A DNA stretch of 63,889 nt, counting the filler, from Platydemus manokwari (Eukaryota): the NCBI GenBank assembly GCA_037951405.1. It is 6 parts of 6 records of this genome, joined end to end, with 100 filler letters (N's around TTAATTAATTAA, not from the genome) between each part and the next. Parts side by side here need not be neighbours in the genome. Positions count along the whole stretch, not along the records: positions 19,711 to 30,820 come from JBBMOY010903310.1; positions 30,921 to 44,873 come from JBBMOY011568078.1; 4 more parts are not named here. One strand, 5' to 3'. The translations under genes were made by a program, and so were the position numbers. The notes under the pieces are model-generated. The model was not told where the DNA came from and did no database searches. It saw only the letters and a list, made by a program, of their open reading frames with translations. Shown in pieces: positions 26,401 to 39,870 of the stretch (within the stretch, counting starts at the first letter, position 1; each line of letters opens with the position of its first letter).

Positions 26401-29400
26401 CAGGTATAAAAAAACTGAAAAGCTCTACAAATCACTTCAATTAAAAATAGAATTTATTGATTATATAAGCCTAAAGCATTTTGTAATTTTTTTGCTTTTC
26501 TCTTTCAGTTTCTATTTTTCTAACCAATATTTAATGTATTCTTAGCTTGAAATTTTAACTGTATGAAATCCTTTAGGATGATTTTCGACCTAATTTCAAT
26601 TTTTTGATAATCAACAATAAACAAACCATGGGTTTTTATTTACATCGAATAGTTTCAAAAATCATGCTAAATGGGTAATTTTAAATCTAGAATTTATATT
26701 TTCTATAATATTTGTGAAAAATATTTATTGAAGAATTAAAGTTGACTTTGTCAGGCGTATCCAAATGAAATAAAAACAAAAATAATATTTAAAGACTATG
26801 CATCGAAATATACCAGTAGTTCATATTTTGTATTGTTCCTAGTAATATTTCCAGGAAGATCCTATCCTAATTATGTAGACCATATACAACAATTGGATTT
26901 ACTTTCCAAATCAAAATTCTTCTCATTTTAATTTCAAACATATTTCCATTTATTTCTATATTGCGATACATTTTCATGGTTCCTCGTAGACATATTGTTT
27001 TTTTAAGTTTAATTAGTGCTTTTAACCGACATCGAAACATGATATTATTTGATCTTATTTTTTGCAAGCTTAGAAGTCCCAAAATAATTAAGAAAAAATT
27101 AAATATGTAGCTCAAAATTTTATGTTTCAAAAACAAATCAAATGAAATCTTTGTGAAAAATACTAATATAGGAAAATTGTTTGTGAAATGTTAAATAAAT
27201 TGAGCAATTCTTTTATTATCTGAATGGCTAACTAGTCTGTGTACGTTAGGTTAGGGTTAGGATAAAAAAAGTACATATCACCATGCATTTCTGTCGTATC
27301 CACCTCAAAAATATTGTGGTTGAATTCCTTAACTCAATATCGTTAATCTTGTATGTGGTGTTTTTTGTTATTTACCGAACATGTAACATATGCAGACATC
27401 AAGAACAAAAATAATCCTTAGACTAATTTGATTATTAATATAGCTATACAAATATACTGATAGGCACAAAACTAAACGTTGAAAAATGGCACTTTTAAAA
27501 TATTTTTGATATTAATGCTGTAATAATTATTTCAAACATCTACTGATGTGATAAAATCTTACCGAGAATTTCATCGCCTACGTTTTTCCGATTCTGGAAA
27601 TAGTTGAGTCGATTGTCATAATGACCTTCAATATATGCTTCGATTCGATTTATCTCTTCAATCGAATCAAAATGGACTGCCTGCAGGGGTTTTTAAGAAT
27701 ATCCAGTAGTCACACGATACCAAATCAGGTAAATATGGTGGTCGTGGAACTATGTTAATTGATTTTTGATGAAAGTCTCGAACAGCCAATGCAGTGTAAG
27801 ATTGTGCATTATCGTTGTGCAAAAATCAATAATTTTCTGTCTATATTTCTATCCTCTTTGATAAACCTAAAATTGTAATTTCCTGACCATATTTTCTCGT
27901 AGTGATATATCAACACCAATTCTCTATTAAATGAAAAATATTTCTTCAAGAACTTGTAATTGTTTCCTATTACATCTCAGTAAAAAATAGATTTCAAAAT
28001 AAATTAAAATAATGAACAATGACAGCCATCCGTTATGTTTAAAGATAGATAGAGTAAAATAACGGTGTTATTGTTTAATCTGGAAAAGATGATTTTCATG
28101 GCTTAAGAATACAATGTAAATAAGACAATGCGGTTATGTTATTATATCGGGAATCAAAACATCATAAAATAAATAAAATCAAACTAATGTATCTTGAAGC
28201 AAAAACGGAAGACCTATAGAATGTATTGAAAAGAAAAGTCACATAGCAGAATTAAAATTAGTGTTTATATAAAGATGGATTATTACGGATATGTATTTAT
28301 TATCAAAGACTAAATGCACTGACAGAAATTTTATTTTGATATGCTCTTGCATTGTTTGGCCTATGAGGAAAATTATTCTTCAATAGATCTTGAATACTTC
28401 TATATCAGTTAGACTAAATCAAGTTGACTACAATCAAATTTCCGAAGATTAAACAGGATTCAGTTGGCTGATATGTCAATTTTGTTTCAATACGCTTCTA
28501 TTTGGACTAACAACTGTTTCAAAAACTGGACCATAAGTTTTTAGGAAACTATTAATATAAAATGTTATTTCTTAAAGTACGATGGAAGTTTAGTCCTGCT
28601 TTTCTTCACAAATCTAAGGGGATTGAGAATCGAGTGAATCGGACAATATAGACGATAATAGCAGGCTCTTTATTAGAAATTCGCTATTAAAAATGGTTTG
28701 AATTACTGCTAGTCTAATTAATAAAGCTTATAAGAAGAAAAATTTCAAAATAAACAGTAAACGTAAAACAGTTTATAAAAGAGGACGTTGAATATTTAAA
28801 AAGGAAAAGAGATGGTTCTGAGTTGACGAAGTATCATGGAAGTCAAATGACTTTAGCCTAATCGACAAATTGAAATTCCATACCGTCATTAAAATGAATC
28901 CAAGTGGATTTAATTGTGAAAGAGATGCTACGGTCTTAGATTAGTTGAATAATAAGAGTTTTGTTTAAAGAAATTAATTTTATGAATGTGATCTTTTGAA
29001 TTTTAATATTTGAATTAACTATACTGAATCCGTAAAATCTCAGATATGAACAATAAAATGTAAAAATAACAAAAAAATCTTGAAATAATTTTAACAAAAG
29101 GAACTTTTTTCAAATTCGTACTCTCAATATTTTTTTTAAAAACTCCCTCTTTAACATCGCCTTTGTATTTTATTTTTAAGTTTGATAGGAACTTTCTTGC
29201 AGATGTAAAAGATAACTTTTTAAATTTTTCTCTATCGCACATACCCAATGATTTTGGTTGGTATGTCAGTTTTGATGTGTATGGAAAATAATTTTATTAA
29301 ATGATAATATCAAATATTTTTATGGGATAATTTAGACTACTATTTCAGTACATTCATCACATGTTTGAATGAATGGCATTTATTTTTAAAATAAATTTGT

Positions 29401-30141
29401 AATTTTTACTTCTTTTTAATAAGTTATATTTATATATATATATATAAACTCCATATAATTTATGGCAATCATTTATGGTTATTCAGATTTTAGTAATTCA
29501 GATTATTCTATAAAATGAAAATTCATCTGATTTAAAACATTACATAAATAGACCAATTATAAGAAGTAATTTCAAATGTAATTTTGGACATCACTAAAGA
29601 TAAAGTACACATTTTATTTTTTGTAATCATATTGTCTGTTTATGGGCTATAAATAAGATTTTGAAATCTTTGTTACTAAAATTAATAAATGCAGAATTTT
29701 CAAAAGTGAAAATTAAACATTTTGTATTACATGAGGTTGTATGTCAGCGAGAATTCACCGTTTATATTAAAATAGATAAGAAAATCTATGTATGGGTTAA
29801 TAATCAACAATTATATATTATATTTCATTGACCTATTTATTATTTAAAATTATTAAAATCATGACAACACGTTGTTTGACTGATTTATATTATGGTTTAT
29901 ATTTTTACAAATATTGTCTCACATGAAATAATGTTTGTCTGCTCAATTTTAGATTTTGATCAATGGATTTAATGAAAATAATTGTGTTAAAAGCTTTGAT
30001 GCAATGTACAATTCTACTCCAGCATTAATTCATCTGAATACTCTACATCATTGTAAAGAGCCGGAATTTAACTCGATGGAAATTATTGATTATAAATTAT
30101 TAAAATCCTTGTGTTCAGCACTAACCGATCATTCAGTTCAG
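20471..30141 (+). CDS. OGA: O-GlcNAcase (GH84 family): disordered linker, stalk and HAT-like domain; partial at both ends
   Basis: Phase-compatible exons ~20471 (5' boundary uncertain)-20806, 20856-21077, 21125-21206, 22343-22689, 22762-22927, 23011-23096, 23812-24149, 25525-25783 and 29953-30141. Motifs [65 protein letters not shown] and CMVLEDINERICGYAVGT match OGA/MGEA5 (LFYLPYEHGP, NRTILYDMYSY, EPWAFRGGLAGEFQRLLP, CFVLEDEDGICGYALGT). The catalytic N-terminus and the last exon are not in this contig. Confidence 0.92.
27640..27826 (-). mobile_element. Degenerate mariner transposase C-terminal fragment in an OGA intron
   Basis: Minus frame FLHNDNAQSYTALAVRDFHQKSINIVPRPPYLPDLVSCDYWIFLK corresponds to the mariner HDNA...PPYSPDLAP.D motif. 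Confidence 0.85.
28570..28680 (+). mobile_element. Degenerate retroelement integrase fragment in an OGA intron
   Basis: KVRWKFSPAFLHKSKGIENRVNRTI*TII resembles the integrase S.AYHPQSNG..ERVNRTIK segment. Confidence 0.45.
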
Positions 30142-30749
30142 GTAATTTTATAAGATTTTTAATCCGTACTTCGAGTAATAATAAATTCGTTCGATAAATT
30201 CATGTATGATTATTAATCACCTTTCTCGCTGAGATATTCTATACTTATCGCTTTTCACTTTTTAATATTCAATCAACTCATTTTTTGATCAGTTTCATGG
30301 ATCTGCTTTTAAAATATATTCGTCAATTTCGAAATTTTTTATTGATGTAAATAATGTAACTTATCAGTATTTTTGCAACAACAATAAAATGACAAATTTC
30401 AATATAATTTCATTATGAGGATATATCTCTCCAATTATTTAGTCTTTTCTGTGAGACAATTCTGTAAAATTGTTTTACATTCCATTAGTAATTGATATTA
30501 AAATATTGAATGCATTTAATATAAATATGGACTTTCAAAGAGTCATATCATGTATTCATGATGAATTTTCTTCTCAAATGGAATGAAAACTTTGATAGAA
30601 TTTTGAATTTATATGACACATTCTTATTTTGTTTTCCTTTTTGATGCTAACTAATAAGTAAATATTATGGAAATTATTAATTTGGTTATCATTATTATTA
30701 AATTTTGGTTTCATATATTTCATTTTGTATTTGAATAAGTATATATATA

Positions 30750-30820
30750 TTAGGTTGGTGCAAAAATAATGGCCGTTATCTAACAGCAACTTTAAAAGAC
30801 TATAACTCGCTTAAAAAATA
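30750..30820 (+). mobile_element. Mariner terminal inverted repeat (Hsmar1/cecropia-like), truncated by the contig end
   Basis: TA dinucleotide followed by TTAGGTTGGTGCAAAAATAATGGCCGTT, 25/28 identical to the Hsmar1 TIR as recalled (TTAGGTTGGTGCAAAAGTAATTGCGGTT). Confidence 0.85.
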
Positions 30821-30920
30821 NNNNNNNNNNNNNNNNNNNNNNNNNNNNNNNNNNNNNNNNNNNNTTAATTAATTAANNNNNNNNNNNNNNNNNNNNNNNN
30901 NNNNNNNNNNNNNNNNNNNN
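30821..30920. other. Artificial contig spacer
   Basis: 44 N + TTAATTAATTAA + 44 N. Confidence 0.97.
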
Positions 30921-30943
30921 ATTATAACAAATACGAATAGAAA

Positions 30944-31100
30944 ATAATAATAATAATAATAATTGTAATAATAACGATAATAATGATAATACTAAGTATT
31001 ATAGTCCTAGTAATAATAATAATAATAATAATACAAATAATAATTACGATAATAATAATAATTACGATAAATAGTTATAATAATAATTACAATAATAATA
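30944..31100. repeat. Degenerate (AAT)n microsatellite
   Basis: Interrupted AAT/TAA runs; explains the spurious Ile-rich ORF 30983-31177. Confidence 0.85.
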
Positions 31101-32383
31101 TATCCTGTTTCACTAATTATATATTTATTGTGTTCATCGAGTCTTCATTATTTCAATCGTTGAATATATATAAATGATAATTATTATCAATATTACACAT
31201 CTTGACATAAAAATAACAACAAGAACATTTTATCGACATTTCATATTATGAACAAAGTTAATAATTAATTTTCACGCTAAAACGTCCTACGCAATGTGTG
31301 AATGATTTACACATGATATGATTAATTTGACCCAAAAAATAAAGGTTATTAATAACAAAAATAAACTAGAATAACGGAAATAATTCTCTTTATCATAATT
31401 CTTTTACAATTATATTTCATTGGTTTATTATTTTCATTTATTGAATTCAAATTGATAATTTAATGATTTTGTGTGTGTCATATTGTATTGTATTGGATTA
31501 TTAATGATTATTTCTAGAATCGTATGATAGAATCATTATTTCTTTTCGATTCAATTTGTAACAATGTCTGGTTTCTCAGTACAAGTTTTATATTGTTTCT
31601 TAACAAGAAGGATCTTTTTCTTGAGAAGCTTCAAAGATTTCCAATTACGGATTGTTTTCCCGATTATACTGGTATATATAGATGTTTTATTTAATAATTT
31701 TGACTTTTCCATCATATTAGTATCGGTTTACAAATGGTTAAACATTATTTATTTCAAATAATATTTTCACTGATTACCTTATCAAGACTTGAAGTAGTTC
31801 ATAATTTTATAGATATTGTAGATATTGGTTTATGGATATTTTCTTTTTTCATTTGATTCAGAGAGGAGAGAATTAAAATAAGCATGAATTATAGACATTT
31901 AAAGTTTCTCATAAGCCGGATGGCTGAAAGCCAACTAATTTTAATAAACGATGTTGTAACTGATAAATTAATTAATCCACTTTGGATTTTGTTATAAATA
32001 AAAGCTCCTTCCAGTGCTGCTATCGAAGCTTGGATTATGTGTAGACAACATTTTTACTAAAAAGGTTTTAACAAAGAGGTTAAGGACGACAGTTACTACC
32101 GAGGAATTAAAAATTCAAATAGAATGACGGGAAGTTTCTTTCTACTGATTTACAATTTACCTCGTGTTTTACTATATTTACTATAGCTTATATTTGAATT
32201 CTTTTATGATATGAATTATTTTTAATTTCATATAATATTGTTATCATTAGTGTTGTCCATGATTATATATTGATAATTGTTGATAAAATCATTACATGAA
32301 ATGATAAAAACCAATAGAAATGAGATTCATCAAAATGTCTTCTGACAAAACAAGAAACAAATTATTTCATTAAATTGAAAAAT

Positions 32384-32527
32384 GATATTAATACAAATTT
32401 AACTATATCACACATTGTACATCCCTTAATATTGAAAATATTATGATTATAGTTATTATTATAGTTATATTATTATAAATATTAAGGGATGTACAATGTG
32501 TGATATAGTTAAATTTGTATTAATATC
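32384..32527. repeat. Perfect 50-bp inverted repeat with a 44-bp spacer
   Basis: 32384-32433 (GATATTAATACAAATTTAACTATATCACACATTGTACATCCCTTAATATT) is the exact reverse complement of 32478-32527. Confidence 0.95.
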
Positions 32528-33821
32528 CATCAAACTGTTTTTATTATTGTTGTAAATGATGTTTTCATTATCATTGGGTTGTAGATATAGTTCTGTTTAT
32601 AATAAAATACGACAAGTAAATTGCTGCTCTTCGGTTTTATTGTGAGTTTATTATCAAATGAAAATGGGTTTTTTTCCAAAATTGGCTGCCAGGCATAATG
32701 CAATCAACCAATAAATTTCATTCAATAATAATAATATTAAGATAAATTAATGTCAATGAAAAGAAAAATTCGATATTGAAAGAGAAAACATCAATCGTCG
32801 ATTATCGATGTCACCATTAATGAGCTGAATTCAATGCTCGTTTGATCAATGATTTAGTGATTTTATAAGCGATAAACTATACGAATATTTGAAACTGAAT
32901 TCTGTTGTTATATTATTGAAACATAAATGATTTTATTTCGAATAGTCACTGTCAGATCATCTATATTAAATTATTATCTAATAAGAAAATGTGAATTATT
33001 GAGTAATATCGAGATAATAATTTTATCAAATCATTTACCGTGTATGAAATGAAAATTGATAAAAATTGAAATCTATTTTTGAAAATAGATTTGAAGAAAA
33101 AATTATCATTTTAAAGAGTTAAAAAATTATTTTCCCATACGTACCTGCCTGACATAGGTTGATTATTAGATGTGGGAAAACAAACTATTACCGTATTTTC
33201 CAAACAGATTTTTAGGATATATTAAGGCTGGAATATTAAAATAAATGATGGCTAAGATGTTTATATAAGCGAATGTGACATTTTAGATGATGAAGCGCAT
33301 TAAATATTGCTAAACATTTTTAATTTAATTTAATATATTAATCAGTAAACTCATAGTTAGAATGCGCCTTAGTCCTGAAAATACGATAATTAAAATAAAT
33401 ATTTGACCTAGTCTTCAAATTCCAAATAATTGCTCATTTATTAAAAATCGTTACCTGTATTTAATTTAATCAATAAAACAGTGAACTCTTCAAATGAACT
33501 CTTAAAATACCGTAAAAATATTTAAAAGGCTTTGTATAATAAATAATTGTTTATGAAATCTAGATTTTTCTGAATAAATAAATAAATTATATATGGATTA
33601 AATTTCAAATCTCAACCTTATTTTCACAACTTGTCTTTAATTCTAAGTTTCTTATAAAAGTAGAAGTAAATAAGCGCATCGTAGGGATCTTTCATGAATT
33701 ATTATACTTCGTGATATGGAGATCGCGTTAATCAATATTTTTTCAAATTGATTGATAAAATTTTTCTAAATTTTCACTGAAATATTAATTTTAGTAATTA
33801 TAATTGTCAATATTTAAATAG

Positions 33822-34009
33822 GACCACAAGAATATGATGCCAGTGTCAATTATATTGAACAATGTTTTCGAAATAGAAATAAATATCCCAATAAAGAGGT
33901 TTATTGTCATCATACATGCGCTACAGATACAAGCAATATTCAATTTGTTTTTGATGCTGTTACCGATTTGATTATATCTAACAATTTGAGAGGTTGTGGT
34001 CTATATTGA
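33822..34009 (+). CDS. GNAO1: Heterotrimeric G-protein alpha subunit, G-alpha(o) type; terminal coding exon only
   Basis: Acceptor AAATAG before 33822; frame (G)[61 protein letters not shown]. Contains the G5 box TCATD and the Go-type C-terminus [15 protein letters not shown] at 34103-34108. Confidence 0.93.
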
Positions 34010-37000
34010 AAACAAGAAGGCTTAGAATGTAAAAATGGTGTTACTCTATTGATCCAGTTTATGGATAAAAAAATATTGAAGTGCAATGCATCTGTTGATG
34101 TTAATAAATTTTTATGCTGAATTGTGAATTTTTCAATTTATCTTGCTGTAAGAAATTTGATATCGTAAATCAGATCTTGTAAATAATAATAAAAAGATGT
34201 TCATAAATTATTTAGTGAAGATTTTTGGAATGTTTTATTTGGTGACATTAGCTATTATTTTGTTTTGTAATTATTTTCAAAATAAATCGTTGTTTTTGAA
34301 TTTTGTGCTGATAATTTTGGTTGATTTTTAAAACTGATTTACTTAAACAACAGAATCATTATTGATGCTTAATCGTTATTAATTGTTTCAGTTGGAAAAA
34401 ATTATTATATTCAAGTGCTTTCGGAAATGTTCCTACTGAACACAAATTATAAATTAAAGTGTATTGTGATGCTGATTTATGAAATCATTTGTGAAAAATG
34501 TTGTTTAAGCAGGATTTTCGGATTTGATCACTTTAACTTGATGAAATTCAATGCCGATTATTTTTCTTTGAATGATATATACCAATATAATCGTTGAAAG
34601 GAATATTTGATTATATTTCATGTTTAGAGCAAGTTCAAAAATTTGAGATAATTCATCTTTATTATCGGTTCTTTTCCAGTTTATCAGTGATGGAATTTCA
34701 AACCTGTTGGTAAAAATAATATCAAACTAATCACCCAACTAATTGAACATTTAAAACGGAGATTCTAAGACTGAGATTTTGCAACAAACATATCTATGTA
34801 GAGAAATCATAATTTTTAAGAGCTATTTTAATCATTTATAATTCAATAACTTGTTTCAAATGGATCATTTGAATAGTGATTGATCTCACTCTTAAGCTTC
34901 CAGAATTTATTTAAAAATCATTCTTAACCTAGAATATCTCTTCTTTTTTAATGTTTAGAAATTTCAGAGTTGGTATTAATATAATGGAAAGAAAACAATG
35001 GAAAAATATTTCGAGATAAAATTTTTAGAGCCAAGAAGATAATTAATTATTTTGAAAAAGTAAATTGAAACTTTTATTTATTAAAAATGCAAAAATATTT
35101 CATCAAAAATTCTATTACTGTATTAATTTGTTTCTAAAAGTTAAATTAAATAATTTCTGAATATCTTGAAAAAGCAATTAACAAAGTGTTTACAAATTCC
35201 ATGGTATTAACTTAAAAAGTAATTTTAAACAAAATTAACTGACCTCATTTATAATTTTTCACACAAATTAAACATTATTTGATATTATGATTACGTAATA
35301 AAATCACAATTACAAGACCGCTGTTTGATATCCAAATATACTTCCAAGAATTCAAATTTTAATTGCTTTTGTTCAACTCTAAATTGAATAAGGATACAGC
35401 TAATCTGTTATTTCATCTACAATCGAGCGATGTTTTAATCAAAAGCTTAAGAGCAATTGTTTGTAACGGTTGCATGACAATAATTAAATTTACAAAATGG
35501 AATTACTTAGCCACATGCAGTAGGTTTTACATTTAGTACTTGTGAATATGAAGTAAATATAATATTCGCTGATATTTAATTGGTTTACATCAATCTCATT
35601 TGAGTTTTAGTGTACTATACTAGGACTTCAAAGTTTAATTTACTCTTATTATTTTATTATATCCATGAGTTCATAACTTATAAAGTTTCAGAATTTAAAA
35701 ATAAAAATCTGTTGTTGCATTCAAGTCTAATTCATTATAGTTAATATATTTTACTTTGTGTTGGATTACATATAAATGATAATAAATCCAATAATATTGA
35801 CAATTTATGACAACGGATCAATTAGGAAATTCGAAAATTCAAATTTGATATATTATAGAAATTTGATTTATTAATGAATATTTGGGAAATTAATTTAACA
35901 ATTCATTTTCGAATGTATATCGAAAATAAAACTAAATGTTAATTATCTCCAAAGATTGAGTTCATTATGTTTAATCTTCACCAAGAGTAAATAGAAATGT
36001 TAATAATATAGCGGTGGTTACTGAAAGTAAGAAATATTTGATATTTTGAAGGTAAAAAGTGATCAAAGATTTTTTGTATTTGATTCAATGATCAACAATC
36101 GAAATGGTATGTTGCTTTCATTCCAAGTGTGTGAAGAAAAAGGGAAAGTTAATTGCCATGCGAATAATATTTATATTAAGATATTATCATAATATTAATC
36201 TCAATAATAAGTTACAAAATAAAATGACCTGCTTATTAAAGACATCTAAAATTGAGTAGCTTGATCAAATAGCAGATATCTCACAAAATGCTTCCACAAC
36301 AGCTTCGATGATAGCTTCAATAATAATATAGAGTCAGTATTTTAAAAGCTATTCTTAAATTTGCTATTATTGCTGGTAATACAGCTACAACAGGTAAATC
36401 TTTACCAGATTTTTTATTCTGTTTATTTTCATTTATTTTGTTTAAATTGTTAATAAAATATTAGAGCAAACATAGATATATGTATTCCTTCGGATTTATT
36501 TTTATGATGATCTAAAGCTTTGCTTATTAAAAAAATTTTGTTATCATAATTTGGTATTCTTTTGTTTTGTTTGGAATCCAAAATCATTAACTTAATGAAT
36601 TCTTCCAGTTTCTTATATACAATTATCAATATCATTCAATTCTTTAACACCTGGACTAATTTAATATATTTTTTGAGAAGGAATTGGAATGTACAAAATT
36701 AATATTATAAACCGAATTATAAACATACAAAACAAACAAACAATTCCTACTCAATGAAAAGCCGAGATGAATGAAAGAAAAAGCAGGTCACAATTAATCC
36801 AAAAAACCAAACAAACTTGTATTTAAATAAATCTTGTAACACTAAACAAATTTCAAAATCAAATCTTTCATCTTATTTTAAAGAAACTATGAAATTTAGT
36901 CTCTATACTGATTTACTCCAATATCTCCAACAATTCCTGCTACGTTAACTAAACATTCTAAAGATGTTAGTGATGTTTCTTATAAAGGCCAAACTCAACC

Positions 37001-39639
37001 AAGTCTCTTGATATTCTTGTTTATTTTCAGTTATTTTTTTATTTAACTAAATTTTTTGATCATTTTATTTAAACGATTTAGGTTTATCATCTTTAATGAC
37101 TTTTTAAAAGTTATTTTCATATCCATTTTTATTTTAATAATTTCCTGTTTCGAAGCAAATGAATTTTTGAATGAAAGTTACTTTTTATTTTTATTTAAAA
37201 ATTTTAATTTATTTTATTAAAAAAAAATTATTAATGAAAAAAGAAAGTTAATATATAACTTGATGACACGCGGCCACGGACTGACCTAAATATCTACGCA
37301 ACTATTAATCTTTGACAATTGAAAGTATAATTTCTCATGCGATTAATAATAGAGTATATAGATGGATTTAATTTGATTACGTTATTTTTGTATTCTATTT
37401 TTTATTATGCGATTTTATCTACCAAGAGTTTTACAATGATTTATGATTTATATACAGAAAATAAGAAATATAAATAACAAAAGTAATACAAACAATTTAT
37501 TAAAAATAAGTTCATAAGAGTTGAATTCGATATTTTTAAAAATAAAAATAAATAAATAAAAATGTAAGAAAATAATAATCGCTAAAATAAAATTTATGAC
37601 TAAAAATAAATATCAAAATAAAATAATATTAAATTTATCGATAATATTAATTATTTAAACAAATGTTACTTGTTTATTTGGATTAAAATTTATATTTGCT
37701 TAATATTTTACCATATTAGTAAATACCAAATAAATATTGACTTTTCATTTTATAAATGCCAATCCCCGACAGAGAAAATAATATAGTAAAAGGCGAAAGT
37801 AAAAGTATTTGAGATCGTATATAATAATATTATATAATATATATACATATAATAATAATAATTACAAACGAAGTAGTAAGGTCTGGAGTATATCTTTGAC
37901 CAGTCTTTAAAATTCTGCCCCCAGATTCGATCCGCTTTTTATTGACAAACTTATTTAGGGCTCGGCCTTCATGAATAAATCTTGCACAGTGAGAGAGCTT
38001 GTGCAGTGTAATAAACAAGTAAATCTTAGTGAGCAACTTATTTGTCTACTGGAATCAGATAATTAAGCCATTGACTATTGTTGTACTTTATATCAGGTAG
38101 ACCCCACAGAGAATGAATTTTAAAAACAAATATGATAAATATTAATAACAAAATAATTACAGAATTTTAGAATGTTAAAAATCATTATTTTCGTTATGTT
38201 GATCATCAAATTAAATTGCTATTATTGTTGTATCAATATTGATTTTTACCACTGAATTTATGTCAAATTTAATGCGAAATGGAGTGATCTGGAATTTGAG
38301 ATTAGGTTTGATGTTGGACAAGTTAAATTTGATGCTGAGTTCGAATATAATTAAGCTAGATTTTTCACAGAAGACAGGGTTAAATATTAACTATCTTACG
38401 CTAAATTGGAGATTAAACAGATTGTTGATTGAGTAGTTAGATGTAGATTTATTTGGATTTGAATTTCGCATTCCTCAACAGATATGCTGATTTGAATTTT
38501 GAGATATTAGCTAGTATAAATAATATATAAAATCAAAACAAGTAATTAAACCGTTCTCTAGTAATTAATTAAATTCTTTCTCTTACTGACCTAGGACATG
38601 GTAATGATTAGCGTTTTCCATAATTAGCCATTAATCAGTACTAATTCAATATCTTGAGTGGATTAACTTGGTTCCTTTATTCACAAATGGTTTTCTTATT
38701 ATTTCTTTTTCCACAACAATTCTGATTCGGTTCTGGGCGTGTTTTATATGAATTTTCTGAATAAGCATTTCAAGGAGAATTTTTAATATTATTCATAATA
38801 ACTATTGAAATGACTCTAACTTTTTAATTTTCTCTGGTTTCGTTTTTTCAAGCTCTACAACTTGAAATGGTAAAGTGAAAAGACAATGTTTAAAAATATT
38901 TTGCAAGTCCTATATTTGACTTATTGTAGAGGTTCAACCCTGGAGTGATCAACTCTTTTTCTGAATACGATTATATTAAACTAAAACAGAAATATATTTA
39001 TTAAAAGAAACTTTAGCTTTTCTTTAACGAAAACTAAGAATCATAGTTCGGAGTCAGATAAAGACAGAAAATAGAGCACAATATCTTTATTAATTCAATT
39101 TTTATAATTTGTTGAGCTCAAATATTATTTGTATTTAAAAATTAAATTCTTTACGTTGGAATAAAGATAAATAGGAAGGAATAAAGCTAAAATCATGATA
39201 AATCCTGTTCAATAAACTAAACCATTACAACTCTTAAAGAATCTGGCAAATCAAAACACTCGATTGCAGTAACCACATCATAAATAAACGACCATATAAT
39301 TGAAAGATCTCAATAACAATTTTCATTTTAATATTATTTTTAATATATATTATTGAGTTATTATTTTTCACACACAATAAAATAATCATAAAATATTTCC
39401 GATGAACTATTATTTGAATTATGAAATACAATAATCGGTATCTTTCTAAAAATCTTATTAACGTCGCATACTTGACGAAACAGTTTAAAATCAAAATTTC
39501 GTTAGAACAAGTGCCAGACTAATAACAGTTTTTTCTAAAATTATAACTTATTTTATAATACAAAGAAATATTTGTTACCATGAATTCAGGGAACGTAGGC
39601 GAACTGCTAATATAGTCAGATAGTGAAACTAATTGTGTT

Positions 39640-39870
39640 ACTGAGGATGAGAAAATATCCTGGACTGTTACCTCATACGAATAATGGAAGAAGACAAATA
39701 CCTCAACAGAATTGGCAAGATATGTCAAAACATCAAGGAAACATGGGCTGACAGGAAAAAAGTGTTAAAGAAACAAAAGCACACTATAAGGGACAACAAT
39801 GAAAACTGGGAAGATTTGAATAAAAATAGAAATAAAGACGTGAGAAGCTAGAATGTAGACCTCGATGAAT
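39640..39870 (+). mobile_element. Possible degenerate RTE-clade LINE 3' end
   Basis: Frameshifted segments LIRIMEEDKYLNRI and ENWEDLNKNRNK resemble the RTE ORF2 C-terminus (GH..RM...R.P...W...A.NR..WR). Confidence 0.35.

Noticed and set aside
27246-27261. Telomere-like TTAGG/TTAGGG repeats
   Set aside because: Only about three mixed units; insufficient for an interstitial telomere call.
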